Part shown: positions 50,343-63,602 of the stretch, piece after piece
How positions within the stretch are numbered: the first letter of the stretch is position 1
Layout of the letters: every line of letters starts with the position of its first letter
NCBI GenBank assembly: GCA_043228905.1
Contig: JBHGNT010000014.1
Coordinates: forward strand, 5,332,001 to 5,396,000
Length of the DNA: 64,000 nucleotides
From: Azolla caroliniana
Lineage: Eukaryota; Plantae; Polypodiophyta
Direction of reading: 5' to 3'
The notes under the pieces: generated by a model
The model's input: only the letters and a program-made list of their open reading frames with translations
Told to the model about the DNA's origin: nothing
The model's database searches: none
Translations under genes and position numbers: made by a program

Positions 50343-52604
50343 CTATCCCATGTAAGGATATTCGGCACCATTGCATACATACACATTCCCAATGAGAAGC
50401 GGCAGAAGCTTGACCCAAAATCAGAGAAGTGTATCCTCGTGGGGTACTCACTGGAGCAAAAGGGGTACAAGTGCTTCAACCCCTCTACTCAGAAGACTTG
50501 TGTAAGTTGGGATGTCGTCTTTGACGAATCGACATCATGGTACAAACACGAGCCGACTCCTCCTGAGCCATCTACAAACGACCTCGACAACACAGAAGAT
50601 GATGATAAACTAAGTTCAATACTCAAAGAGAGTCCGATCTCAACCAGATTGAGCGGACCACAAGAGCCTCTAAGCAACCAAATCATATCTCGGCCAAGTC
50701 CAAAGATGGACAAAGGGAAGGCCAAAATGCTAGAATATGAAAACGATCACTTCAACATCAACGAATCGACTCATCCACTCGATAGTGAGTTCGATGGCTT
50801 TGATGTGTCTCTTACGAGGTCACTCGGAGTTGAGAAAGCACTCACATCGGCAAATGAGAAACTCCGTCACTCCACCCGAGAGAAGAATCCGCTTAGCCGA
50901 TTCGGCTACGACTATATGGCATACCACTATGCCTTTATGATGAAGGTGGCAGCAATTCGAGAACCAAAGAGCTTTGCCGAAGCCGCTAAAGATCCGCGAT
51001 GGGTCAAAGTGATGAACGAGGAGATGCAAGCTCTCAGCAAGAATGAGACATGGGATCTCGTCCCTCAGTCACCGCACAAGAAGGCAATCGGCTGCAGATG
51101 GATATACAAAGTGAAGTATAATGCTGATGGTTCCGTCAACCGCTACAAAGCTCGACTTGTAGCAAAGGGCTACGCACAAACACATGGCGTTGACTATGAA
51201 GAGACCTTTGCCCCGATGGCAAAGATGACAACCGTGCGAACTGTGATAGCGCTTGAATCAACGAAAGGGTGGCACCTCCACCAGATGGATGTCAAGAACG
51301 CTTTTCTTCAAGGCAAATTAGAAGAGGAGGTGTACATGATACAACCACCCGGCTTCAATTCCAACATTCATCTGAAAGCCATATGCCGACTCAAGAAGCC
51401 CCTTTACGGCCTTAAGCAAGCACCACGTGCTTGGCACTCGAAGATAACACAATATCTTCATCGAATCGGTTTCCGAATGTCAAAATCCGACAATTCTCTG
51501 TATGTAAGAAGCGATTCCGAAAGTTCGATCGTCATCATCCTATACGTGGATGATCTGGTCATTGGAAGTGAGCATCTAGTCGACATCAACAAGGTCAAAT
51601 CCCTCCTTTCCAACAAATTCAAGATGACGGACATGAAAGAGCTCCACTACTTCCTTGGCATCGAGGTAATTCGGACTCCAGCCGGGATTATGGTCTCCCA
51701 ACGACACTACATTCTCAACTTGTTATACAAGTTCGGGATGACTGAGTGCAATTTTGTGGCAACACCTCTCGACCGAAACCTCAAACTAGATGCCAATTCT
51801 GGCACCACAGAGTGTGAGCCGATTCAGTATCGACAACTGATCGGTAGTCTTATCTACCTCATGTTCACTCAACCAGACCTGAGCTATCCGGTCGGCCTTC
51901 TTAGCCAGTTCATGCAAACGCCACGAGATATCCATTTGGATTGTGCTAAGATAGTGCTACGATACGTGAGCGGAACGATGGACTATGGCATTCTCTATAA
52001 GTCGGCCACGCCAATTCAACTCGAGGGGTACACAGATGCCGACTGGGCAGGCTACAAAGCCGATCGACAATCAACCTGTGGTTTTGTCTTCTCCCTCGGA
52101 AGTGGAGCCATCTTCTGGAGTAGCAAGAAGCAACCAACCGTCGCTCTTTTGAGCACAAAGGCCAAATATAGGGGCGTGACAATGGTTGCATGTGAAGCCG
52201 TATGGCTCAAGAGGATATTAAAGGATCTGGGCGTTCCCATCAAAGATCCGATTCTCCTTTACTGCGACAACATGAGCAATATTTATCTGGCTCGGAACCC
52301 GGTGTTCCACGCACGCACAAAGCATATCGAACTGCACTATCACTTCATTCGAGAGCGTGTTTAGGTTGGTGATGTCGACCTTCAACATATCGCTACGAAT
52401 CTTCAGACAACCGACATCTTCACCAAAGTCCTAGGAGCTGACAAGCTTTAGCAATTCTTGTCATACCTTGGATTGATGGTCCTTGACTTGCCAAGCTTGA
52501 GGGGGGGTACAAGCGAAAACCGGATACCGTCCGAACTGGATACGAGCCGAAGCGGACATCAACCGAAGTAGCCGACCAAAGTTGAGGTTGAGGGGGCGTG
52601 TTGA
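50343..52604 (+). pseudogene. Integrase C-terminus, RT and RNase H of element B
   Basis: [48 protein letters not shown]. Late in-frame stops. Confidence 0.92.
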
Positions 52605-52904
52605 GAATCAAGCTCAACCTAGTCTAGTGTGTGAACACACCCTTGAGAGTGTGCACTCAATGGTCAAAAGTCACCACTCTTATCTACACATTAACTATGT
52701 GTCATAGAATCATATTCTATGACACATAACTAATGAGTTTTCACATTCCCCATGACCCATGAGCTTTGGTAGTTAATGAAGAGAGAGAGAGACTATATAA
52801 AGCACTCTCCTCCTACTTTGTAATTAGGTCGATTAATCTTCTTCGTAAAATACATCTTCTTGTGTATTCCATTGTTGTTCAAAATTCTATCTATCTTGTG
52901 TTTC

Positions 52905-52949
<45 letters not shown>

Positions 52950-53532
52950 CTCTCTCTCTCTCTCTCTCTCATACACACACACACACACACACACTCACAA
53001 CACATATCTCTGGTCTATTCCGCTGCACAAGAATCACCATCGATTCTTTACACTCAACATATTAGAGAACCCGAGGTTTAGAGTTTTTATGTTCCTTATG
53101 AGCGTGTAGGGTTCTTCTTTCATATGAGTTTTAGGGTTGTGAGTTTTGCATCTACTTGTGAGTTAGGGTTAGGGTTAGGGTTCCTTATACCACGACTTCT
53201 TCAACATCTTGATGGTGGTCAACTCGGTGGCTGGTTGTGGAAGGGAGGTTGTAGTGGCACGAGACCTACGAATCGAGGGAACATAGCCGTCGGAAGTAGT
53301 CAAGCTCAGAGCCCACTAGACTCGCCTTCATTAGATTATTTTCGGCCCCTTGTGTGTTGATTAGCTATTTTTGAATAATGATGAAACTATTTCTATGTAA
53401 AAGAATCACCTAAGTCATGGTAGCTAACCTAACCGTTGTACAAACCCTAATTTTGGCAACATAACTCTTGTATATTTTTGTCTACATTTCTCCCTAACCT
53501 CGTGTGTATTCTCCTTAAACATTTGCTAATCG

Positions 53533-53753
53533 TGGTGGCGAATATCCCACTTCCTCACCCCTTGTGTCTCCCTGGTCCAAGGTCCCGATGGTCCCGTTCG
53601 AGCGACACACACACACGAAACTTAGCAACAACGGGGGTCCACAAACCCCAAGAAACAAATCACTATAAGGGGAGGAGTACAACAAGAGGATTCAAGGCAA
53701 TGACCTTGAACTCTTCTTCGTCGATTGACGGCTACAGAGTTACAACTCACTCA

Positions 53754-53848
<95 letters not shown>

Positions 53849-55453
53849 ACAGGTTTGTTGAATACATGCTTAAGGTTCAAAAATGTCCCTCACATCGACT
53901 TCCTAGAATTGCATGGGAAGCAAGCAAAATGATCCAAAAGACGCATAAAAGCAAACTTTTTTGTTCCGATTGGATGCAATATATAGAAAAATGGGGCCGT
54001 TCTTCTTAGGCCAGTGGAGTGTCTATTGGTAGATGGGATGCAACACACTTGCTTCATGATGCATCACTAGATTCCTCTGTAAATGAGGCCTTTTTGCAAT
54101 GCCAATGTATCATGACATGGGACAAATGTGGAGGCTCACGCTTCACACATTATACTACACATATTGCACCTAACTACAAAATCATATTCTTTGCGAAACG
54201 GGGAAACCGTACACATTGATACATGTTAGAGCCCATACCGTTATCTGCCATTCGAACCATTTCTTCCATGCGACTTATAGCTCACATGCATTGCGATGTG
54301 AGATAGGGCGTTGGGGCACAAGTGATGAGAGTGGTCGGCTATGCACACTTTTCCCTAAACAAGTTCGTGAATATGAGTATCACACCCTGATACAATGCTC
54401 TGCCTTTGATCATATTCGACTATGCTTTCCACATCTCTCCGACTGAGCCCAATCCTTCCATGAATTCCTCTCACAACCACAATGTGCACTCTCGATTGCA
54501 ACATTCATTGGTAAAGTTCTTGAACATCGAGAGTCACTACTCATTTTCACACATATCATGTGAAATGTAATATTTTTGGTCTCATAGGTCATATTTGACC
54601 TCCGAAGATGATAATATAATCTCTCTCTCTCTCTCTCTCTTTGTCACAGAGGCAACTACCTGCTCCAACTATACAATAATAATCAACAACACACAATGTT
54701 TTCCCTAGTTGTATTTATACTTATACAACTTTCTGGCTATTTATAGATATAGCTCACATGGGGCACATTTAGACTATTTACAAATATAGTCTCTCGAATC
54801 GGTCATAAAATCTATTATTCGATTTTTGATTTTGGTTTTCGGCCTCGGCCGGATTACCCACTTACTCCACCCGATTTGGTTTGTTCTCTTCTTCCCATAT
54901 GGAGGGACTTGTTATCTAACAAACTACCCCCTTCACTCCAGCATGGAGTACTTTACCAATCCGCCCCTTTGTGGGCATTTGTCCAGCTTCGGCTAACAGC
55001 ACCTTCGTAAGCAAAATCCCTTTCTTCTAGTTGCTCTTGGAGCCAATGGTATCTCCTCTAGATGTGCTTGGTCCTTGAGTGGTAAGCGGCGTTCTTCACA
55101 AGGTGGATGACACTCTGGTTGTCACAATGGAGTCGGATTTCATCTTGCCAAATTCCCAACTCTTTGATGAACTCCTTCATCCATATTATTTCCTTGCTAG
55201 CTTCCGCTACAGCCATGTACTCAGCTTTTGTGGTTGACAATGCCACGGCCTTCTATAGCCTCGACTAGCACGAGACGACTCCCCCTGCATAAGTCATTAC
55301 GTATCCGGACGTGGATCGATTGGTATCCGCATCAGCCGACATGTCTGAATAAGTATAGCCTTCCAATGTGGGGTTTCTCGAGCCGAATCGAAGGCACAGG
55401 TTCGAGGTGTCTCTTAGGTACCGAAGTAGCCATTTGACTGCCATCCAATGTTT
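53533..55453 (-). mobile_element. Degenerate copia element 'G' (3' LTR plus RNase H end), interrupted by H
   Basis: LTR boundary TAACA at 54921 with adjacent PPT. ALSTTKAEY..HSRTKHI. Left LTR boundary is approximate. Confidence 0.7.
53848..54620 (+). mobile_element. 5'-truncated RTE/RTE-X-like LINE 3' end
   Basis: RLPRIAW, HALRCEIGRW..RLC..EYEYHTLIQC..FDHIR (CCHC-like). Short GAT/AAT tail. Sits within a (CT)n/(CA)n tract. Confidence 0.6.
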
Positions 55454-57870
55454 TGTAGAGAATCGCACTCGGCCACAAATGAGTTTCAAATACTAATGGA
55501 AGGTTAACAGAAAATAGGAACAATGCACTTACACAGACAACGAGATGACACTGGATGTTTATGTAGAAAAGCTCGAGAGGCAAAAGCATGAGAGTACACA
55601 GACTCCGAAGAGGATCACTATAGGGGAGAGGTACAACAATGCAAGAGTAAGAGGCAACAATCTCGAGCTCCGGCTTCGCCAATCGACGGTTACAATAGAA
55701 AAGCTTTTTGTATATCTTTCTCTCTATGTACAGTGATAACTCCTAACCAACTGACCACTACTTTTCTATTGCCCTAGTTATATTTATACATTTATAATTA
55801 TAGGACTATTTACAAAAGTGACCTCAACAGTCACATCAGAACATATTTACTAATATGTCCTCACTTCTGGTTCACACCGGACCCAATCCGGATACCTTCC
55901 GGATCCATCCGATCCGGCTCCTTTCTGGATTCATCTGATCCCATCCGAAGGGACTGGTTTCCCAACAAAATCCCCCTTCACTCTGACATGGGATGTCTTG
56001 TCAACTCGATCCGTCTCCAACATGCATCTAGCTTGTCGGCTGACAACACCTTGGTCAGCATGTCCGACCCGTTCTCCTCAGTGTGGATCTTTGTTAGCGA
56101 AAAGTCTTTGTCTTCTACCTTCTCTTGGAGCTAGTGATATCTTGTCTGGATGTGCTTGGTCTGGGAGTGGTAGGCCACATTCTTCGCAAGGTGGATGACA
56201 CTCTGATTGTAGCAATAGAGCTGAAATTTCTCCTGCTAGATCCCTAACTCTCCGATGAAGTCCTTCATCCAGATTACTTCTTTGCCGGCTTCTACAACTG
56301 CCATGTACTCCACTTCCGTTTTCGACAGTGCCACCGATTTCTACAACCTCGACTGCCACGATACGGCTCCCCCTGCATAGGTCATGATGTATCCGTATGT
56401 GGACCCATTGGTATCTACGTCAGCTGACATGTCCGAATCCGTAAAGCCTTCCAATAGGGGTTTATCGGAGCCGAACTGGAGGCACATGTTCGAGGTGCCT
56501 TTCAGGTACTGGAGGATCCACTTGACGACGGCCTAGTGCTCTTTTCCCTGATTGCTCATGAACCGACTGACCACTCCGATTGCATATCCGGTGTCCGGTT
56601 GGGTACACACCATTGCGTACATTAGGCTTCCGACTATGGAGGTATACGGTACCTTCGTCATCTCTGCCTTCTCCACCTCTATCTTCGGGCTTTGTTTTCG
56701 AACAACTTGCAGTTTGTCGAAAGTGTCGATCTGACCGGCTTCGCATCCCCTATGCTGAACCTTTGGAGCACCTTTGTCATGTACTTCTCTTGTGACTGCC
56801 ACAATAGCTTCTTAGTCCAGTCCTGGACTATATGCATTGCCAATATCTGTCTTGCCAAACCCAAATCTTTCATTGAGAAGGACCGGTTCAAGGCCTTCTT
56901 TAGCATCCCAATTTTGATTCGGTCCTGTTCGACGATTAGCATGTTGTCCACATTCAACAAGAATATTAGGAAGTCTCCTCCGTTTAACTTCTTCACGAAC
57001 ACACAATGGTTGGCTTGTGTCTTGTGGTATCCTTGGTCGGTCATGAAGGAGTCGAACTTCCAATACCATTGTCATGGAGCTTGCTTCAATCCGTATAAGC
57101 TCTTCTTCAACTGGCACACCAGGTTCTCCTTCCCTTTCTTGATGAATCCTTCCGGCTGCTGCATGTAGATCTCCTCCTCAAGGTCACCGTGCAAGAATGC
57201 CTTCTTGACATCTAATTTCTTGACCTTGAGATCCATGCTTGCCGCTATGCTCAACACCGTCCGGATGGATGTTATCTGCATAATTGGGGCAAAGATCTCG
57301 TCAAAATCCACTCCTTTCTTATGCTAGAAACCCTTCACCACAATGCATGCTTTGTACCTCGGTGGATTTTTGGCGTCTCCCAATTTCAACTTGTACACCC
57401 ACTTGTTCTGGAGCTCTCTCTTTCCTTTCGGAAACTCTATCAATTCATATATGTGGTTCTCATGTAGGGAATCCATCTTGTCCCGCATGGCACTTAACCA
57501 CTTGCGGTTGTGAGTGTATTTCTTTGCTTCGTAAAAGCTCTCAAGCTCCTCCGACGTTCGATCCTTCTTTGGCCAGTTCGGTTCTTTGTCCAAGTCCGGC
57601 CAGTTCACTATGGTTTTTGGCTGACATCCAGCTTCCGACCAGATGGATCCTTGTAGCTTGAAACCAATCTCTGTTCATCGATCCATAGGAGGCTATCTTC
57701 TTCTCAGATTCCAAGTCGGTGATGGTCTTGTCTTCCATGAAGACTATGTCCCTGCTCTGGATCACTTTCTTTTTATCTAGGTTCCACAATTGATAGCCGA
57801 ACTCATCATCACTGTACCCAAGGAATATGCATGGCCGAGTTTCCGTGTCCAGTTTTTTCCCTGTTTGTCT
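55454..57870 (-). mobile_element. Degenerate copia element 'H' (C-related; 3' LTR 55454-55967 plus RT/RNase H), interrupted by I
   Basis: LTR starts TGTTGGGAAACCAGTCCCTTCGGATGGGAT on minus, similar to C. PPT at about 55970-55980. Frameshifted pol similar to C. Confidence 0.85.
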
Positions 57871-57924
57871 GGTTGGGAAATAGATTCCTCTAGATGGGAT
57901 CCAGGTGAGAACCGGACGAGCCGG

Positions 57925-59520
57925 TGTCGTGATGTTTTCGACACGTAGTGTGAAACCACCCTCAAAAGAGAATAAAATAGTGGTCCAAATAAACTAAATT
58001 TCTTAAGTCAACTATAGTAATAAATGAAAGGATAAAAAGTTAAAAGAGGTTTTGAAAGTAGACAAAAATAGAGAAAAAGATGGGAAAAGAAAAGCTAGCC
58101 GTGGATATGAGGAGCAAGGTCGAGTAAAAAGCTCATAATTTCCTCGTCAAATGTCCAAAATAGAAAAGAAAAGATGCATAACAAAGCTAACCTAAAGAGC
58201 TTTCCAAGAATATATTGCATGTGAAATTTGAGGCTAGAAAACAGAAATAGTGAGGAAAAGAAAAGTTGATTCATATAGACAAGCTTTTTTTTAGGAGAAA
58301 AAGGCAAACAATCCTAAACCTATAAATAAGAGCCTATTCTAGTGAAGAAGGGGGGGAGTGAGAAGGAATGCGGAACCTCTACTCCATTGGAAAGTGGACG
58401 AAGAAGGATCAACAACATTGAGAGGCATCATCAACAAAGAAACTCCTTCTATACTCCACTCTCTTCTTTCCTCCACCTCTCTTCCCCCATTCATTTATAA
58501 ACAATCCTTCATATTCAAATCCAACCCATTGTAACATGATTCTTATATTATAAAAGAATCTATTATATTGATATAAACTAATGTTTTCTTTCATCTACTT
58601 GTCTTATGTGTAAATCTTGATTGTGCTTATTTGTTATCATTATTTGTGCTTATTTGTTTGTGTGTCTTGTTACAAGGGAGCGTTTCGGGCTTACCCATGC
58701 ACCTCTCCTTTCACAAAGGCATTCAAACCTACTTGTCTTATATGTTATTGTCGTTTGTGCTCATTTGTTTGTGTGTCTTGTGACAAGGGAGTGTTTCAGG
58801 CTTGCCCATGCACCTCTCCTTTCACCAAGGCATTCAAACTTACTTGTCTTGCATGTTAGTGTAAATCTTGCTTGTGTGTTCGTGAAACTTGTGGCAAGGG
58901 AGCGTTCGGGCTTGCCCATGCACCTCTCCTTTCACAAAGGCCTTCGAAATCGTGTCTCCCGTGTGTAAACCTTGCTTGTGTGTTCGTGCGACTTGTGGCA
59001 AGGGAGCGTTCGGGCTTGCCCATGCACCTCTCCTTTCACAAAGGCCTTCGAAATTGTTTCTCCCATGTGTAAACCTTGCTTGTGTGTTCGTGAGACTTGT
59101 GGCAAGGGAGCGTTTGGGCTTGCCCATGCACCTCTCCTTTCACAAAGGTTCGAAATTGTGTCTCCCATGTATAAACCTTGCTTGTGTTTTCGCGTGTTTT
59201 GTAACAAGGGATTGTTTGGGCTTGCCCATGCACCTCTCTTTTCACAAAGGCATTCGAAACTCTGTCTCTCGTGTGTATAAGTAAGCCTTTTCCCTGTGTG
59301 TTCGTGTGTAAGCCTTCCTCACGTGCATTCGTTCACCTTGTGACTAGGGGTTGATTCGGGCTTGCCCATGCACCTCTCCTTTTCACAAACACGTTCGAAT
59401 ACACGTGCCTTCTTTGTGTAAGCCTTCCTTGTGTTGTGCATGTAAGCCCTATTTCCTTCCCGTCCATAACCCCGGTGGTTCTGCCTCATGATTTGCACAT
59501 AATGACAGATCTTCATGACA
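57925..59520 (+). mobile_element. 1.6-kb solo LTR (TGTCGTGA...TCATGACA), 4-bp TSD, probably Ty3/gypsy-type
   Basis: 8-bp terminal inverted repeat with one mismatch. TSD CCGG (57921-57924, 59521-59524). CTATAAATA at 58320. Confidence 0.8.
58625..59400. repeat. Tandem array of about 7 units (mostly 102-111 bp) inside the solo LTR
   Basis: CAAGGGA...GGGCTTGCCCATGCACCTCTCCTTTCACAAAGG at 58673, 58784, 58895, 58999, 59103 and 59205, plus a partial unit near 59358. Confidence 0.92.
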
Positions 59521-60763
59521 CCGGATTGGACGAGCCGAAGGAAAGTGTTGGCATAAAAGGCTGACTCCTTCCAAATTGTATCCGCCCGAGTGTGAACTCG
59601 TTAATAAGGCAGGGCTTAGTATATAAGCAAATACCTAACATTGTAAAGAATGACGAGTGGAAGAGAGACGAAGAGACAGAGAACTGATTCTCTGGTTCTG
59701 CGTATTGTATCTCTAAGAGAGAGTGAGAACGAAGCAATAAAGCTTGTACTGTGCAAGTCTACGCCTATTCTATCTTTCTGTCTGCGTTGTTTGCTGTTCA
59801 TATCCGACAACAGATCCATACATGTTTCCGCAAAACGCACTTGTTGTCAACAACTGGTATTAGAGCCAACCTTGTTGTTCAGTGGCAATAGAAAACAGAA
59901 GAAGAAGCTAAAAGAAAAGACCAGGTAAGAAATCTTAAGTTCACAAAAAGAATATGGCTTCAACATCTGGAACAAGAGTTGATATCAAAAAATTCGACGG
60001 CAAAAATTTTTCCTTGTGGAAGGAGATGATGGAGGATGTGCTGATCATCCGAAGGTAGGTCAAAGCCATTAGGCACAACGAGTCAATGACAACCGAGGAG
60101 TGGAGATAAATGGACGAAATCGCACGCTCCACCATCCGAATGCATATGGCCGAAAACGTCTATTTCAACATGGTGAAAGAGATGACAATGTTCTCATTGA
60201 GGGAGAAGCTAGAAGCCATTGAAGAAAATAAGTCCTCATCTTCGAAATTGATTTTGATCAAACAACTGTTCAACATGAAGATGAGAGAGACTGATCCGGC
60301 AACCTCCCACATCAACACCTTCAATCGGGTGTTGTCAAAGCTCTCATCACAAGGGATCAACTTCGAAGAAGAAGTGAAAGCCCTTGCCCTCCTATCGAGC
60401 TTGCTAGCGAGTTGGGAGGTATTCTGCACGACATACACTAATAGCCGACCGATCCTGAATTTGGACGAAACAATTGGCCAAGTCCTCACAGAGGACATTC
60501 GGCGAAAATTGATGGGACTAACTATCGATGAGTTGGCAGAAGCCCACAACTCGACCGAGTTGTTCGACCGATAGAGTCGAACGAAAGAACAAGCTGACAT
60601 AACGGGTCAACGCTACAGCCGATCGAAAACGAGGGGAAATCGACATTAGTCGAAGTCGAAAACAGGCCAATCAAGCGAGTACTCCACACACTACAGGAAA
60701 GCTGGCCACAATATTTCTAACTGGTGGTCAATAAAGAGAAACACCTGATCTGGGGAAACCCTA

Positions 60764-63602
60764 TGTAAACGATTACTTGCGGAAGTGTTAGAAAACAGAG
60801 AAAAGCAGAGAATACACAGAGTACACGGGAGAGACAGAGAGAGTAGAACGTAAAAGCTATATTAAAAAATGATATAAACAGTCTGTAGATACAACTGTGC
60901 TCAGTAGCACTATTTATACAAGTCCTCGTGGGACTGACAAAAGTACCGCGTACTTCAATGCTCACACGAGCATCTGACACTTACTACAAGACTATAACTG
61001 CCTAGTAGTCTAAACTAATACTAGGCTTCCAGTTACCGATTGGATCCGGCTAACCGGCTCTGTTGCTTGCCGGCTCGGTTGCTCATCGGCTTACCGATCT
61101 GTCTCACTTGCCGGCTCAGGCTTATCCAGCCGATTCGGCTCCAGTTGAGCTTGCCGCTCAACACTCCCACTCAAGCTCAACTTGAGGTTGGATCCTAGTG
61201 TCAGCCTCTATGGCAGTCGGTTCTTCCAACCAACTTCTCCTGGCGTCGTTCCGCCTTGCTCACGTTCCTCGTCCGGTCCAGTTCTGTTTGCCGCGACCCC
61301 TCTTGTTCTGCGCACCTCGATCTCCTCAGTCGGCTTGTTTGCTCAACAGGCCCAATTCAGCTCCCTTGCTACTTTGACTTCGGCGCGTTCCGGTTCGCTG
61401 ATCCCTTCGTGTTGGCGTCGACTTTCGCTGCCTTCTCGTCCTCTTGGCCTTGAATTGATCCGGCTCTTCCAAATCTGTCTGTTGAACCGAATCGACTATC
61501 TCCGATTCGTTCCAGCTCTTGTCCGAATCGGTTGCTCCCGATTCGTCTTCTAGTTCTAGGCCCTTCACCACATCAGACCATGTCCGGGTCTTGGCCTTCT
61601 TCCTTCGGTCGGCTCTGTCCTTCTTGACTCTGCCGCCGCTGCCGCTTGTTCCGACTTGTTCAGACGTGTCGACTTCCCTTGTCGACTCAACTCCTTTCTT
61701 CTTCTTGAGTCTCCCTTCGTTAGTTCTTCCCTCACCGACGCAATCCGCAGTCTCTTTGCCTTTGCCTGTTCCAGTGTCTTTGCCCGTTCTCCCCCTCAAG
61801 TGTGGCATGTCGAGATGTTGAACACCAAGCATTTCGGTGAAGTGATGCAACTTTTCCGATCCAAGTGGTTTGGTGAAGATGTCGGCAACTTGCCGATCCG
61901 TGTGAACATACCGAAGTTTGACCTCACCGCTCAGGACACGCTCACGCACGAAGTGATAGTGCACTTCTATGTGCTTTGTGCGAGCATGGAATATGGGGTT
62001 CTTGGCGAGGTGCATGCTGCTTATGTTGTTGTAGTAGACCAGAATCGGGGTTGGTACCTTGATCTGTAGGTCTTGCAGCAGTCGCCGAAGCCAAATGGCT
62101 TCACAGGTGGCAATGGTAGCGCCCCGATACTCAACCTTAGTGCTCGACAGAGCAACTGTTGGCTGCTTTTTGCTGCTCCACGCAACAGCCGTGCTTCCTA
62201 GGGAAAACATGTAACCGGAGGTTGATCGGCGATCTGATGCATCGCCGGCCCAGTTGGCATCTGTGTAACCGACCAGCTCTTCGGGTATACCACGCCGGTA
62301 TAACAGGCCTCGGTCCTTCGTGCCGCCTACATAACACAGTATCCGTTGTGCGCACTGAAGGTGCTCCACAGTCGGCTTCTGCATGAATTGACTTATCATT
62401 CCGACCGGATAGCTAATGTCGGGTTGCGTGATAGTCAAGTAAATAAGGCTTCTGACAATTTGTCGGAACCGTTGCTCGTTGCAGGCCGGTCCGGAGTTGG
62501 GACAAAGCTTTTGGTTACAGTCCAAGGGTGTGGAGACAGGTCGGCATTCTATCATGCCAAACTTGTACAACATATTCAAGACGTAATGTCGTTGTGAGAG
62601 CAATATGCCGTCGGGGGTTCAGATCACCTTGATCCGAAGAAAATAATGAAGGTCCCCCAGGTCCTTCATCTCAAATGCGTCCGACAACTGGGACTTGACG
62701 CGGGTGACTTCTGGAAGACCCGGTCCGGTGATGACTAAATCTTCAACATACAGTAGGATACATACCGGACCGGCTGAGCCTTGCCAGATGAACAACGAAG
62801 AGTCGGACTTAGAGGCCGCAAACCCCATCTTACGCAACCGGTGCGTGATCTTCACATTCCAAGTGCGAGGGCCTTACTTCAGGTCGTACAACGACTTCTT
62901 CAGCCGGCATACTGCCGACTTGTTCATCTCCGATTGAAAACCGGGGGGTTGAGTCATAAAGACTTCTTCTTCAAGATCACCCTGAAGAAACGCATTCTTC
63001 ACATCCATCTGGCGAAGATGCCACCCCTTGGCCGCGAGCAAAACACGAACGGTCGTCATCTTCGCAACCGTCGCAAATGTCTCATCGTAGTCGATGCCGA
63101 GTTTCTGCGTGTAGCCTTTTGCCACTAACCGGGCCTTGTATTGGTTGACTGAGCTGTGGGTGTTGTACTTGACCTTGTACACCCACCTACATCCAATCGG
63201 CTTCACACCCTTCGGTGCGTCAACCAAGTCCCAGGTCTCGTTGACATCAAGTGCCCGCATTTCTTCCTCCATAGCGGCACGCCAATTGGCGTCCTTTGCC
63301 GCTTCTGCATAGCTCTCCAGCTCACGCACTTCCGCCACCTTAGTCATGTACGCATAGTGATGCGCCATGTACTCATTGTACCCGTACCGCTTGACGGGAT
63401 CCTTCTGGCGGGTGGACCGGCGTAACTCACCATTACCCGGTTTGAGGACCTTCTTGGCCGGTTCGGTCTTCCTTGCCGAAGTCAGGTGCACATCGATCCG
63501 ACTCATCGTTGCTGGTTTCGAATTCCGACATCTTCTTCTTCCCCTTCTGTTTGCGCGTGAACTGTCTCCTCGGTTCCTTGCGCGGGGAGTGCACAACGGA
63601 GT
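60764..63602 (-). mobile_element. Copia element 'F' (A-related; 3' LTR 60764-61163, RT/RNase H with charged tail), interrupted by a C-family LTR
   Basis: TG...CA 400-bp LTR, PPT from 61164, ORFs 61326-62603, 62619-62855 and 62874-63600. Confidence 0.92.

Larger units (their letters stand above)
29239..53052 (+). mobile_element. Ty1/copia element 'B' carrying three nested insertions
   Basis: 5' LTR 29239-29658, PBS TGGTATCAGCGC 29659-29670. Gag 35152-35864 rejoins at 43586. Protease/integrase to 44842. Integrase-RT-RNase H 50343-52604. PPT, then 3' LTR 52599-53052. Flanks CTCCT/CTCAA match only 3 of 5. Confidence 0.88.
57871..60763 (+). mobile_element. Degenerate copia element 'I' (5' LTR about 57871-59852 split by a solo LTR; gag), interrupted by F
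   Basis: LTR end TGTCAACA at 59852. PBS TGGTATTAGAGC at 59855. Gag MASTSGTRVDIKKFDGKNFSLWK from 59954. Confidence 0.82.

Noticed and set aside
53130-53182. TTAGGG telomere-like repeats (also 29130-29200)
   Set aside because: Only 2-3 scattered units, typical of telo-box-like LTR sequence, not an interstitial telomere array.
58625-59400. CRISPR-like look of a repeated core with spacers
   Set aside because: Spacers are homologous to each other, no cas genes are present, and the context is a eukaryotic LTR.
57925-59520. Retrozyme (4-bp TSD suggested it)
   Set aside because: No hammerhead core (CTGANGA...GAAA with stems) found by eye on either strand, and the LTR is much longer than typical retrozyme LTRs.
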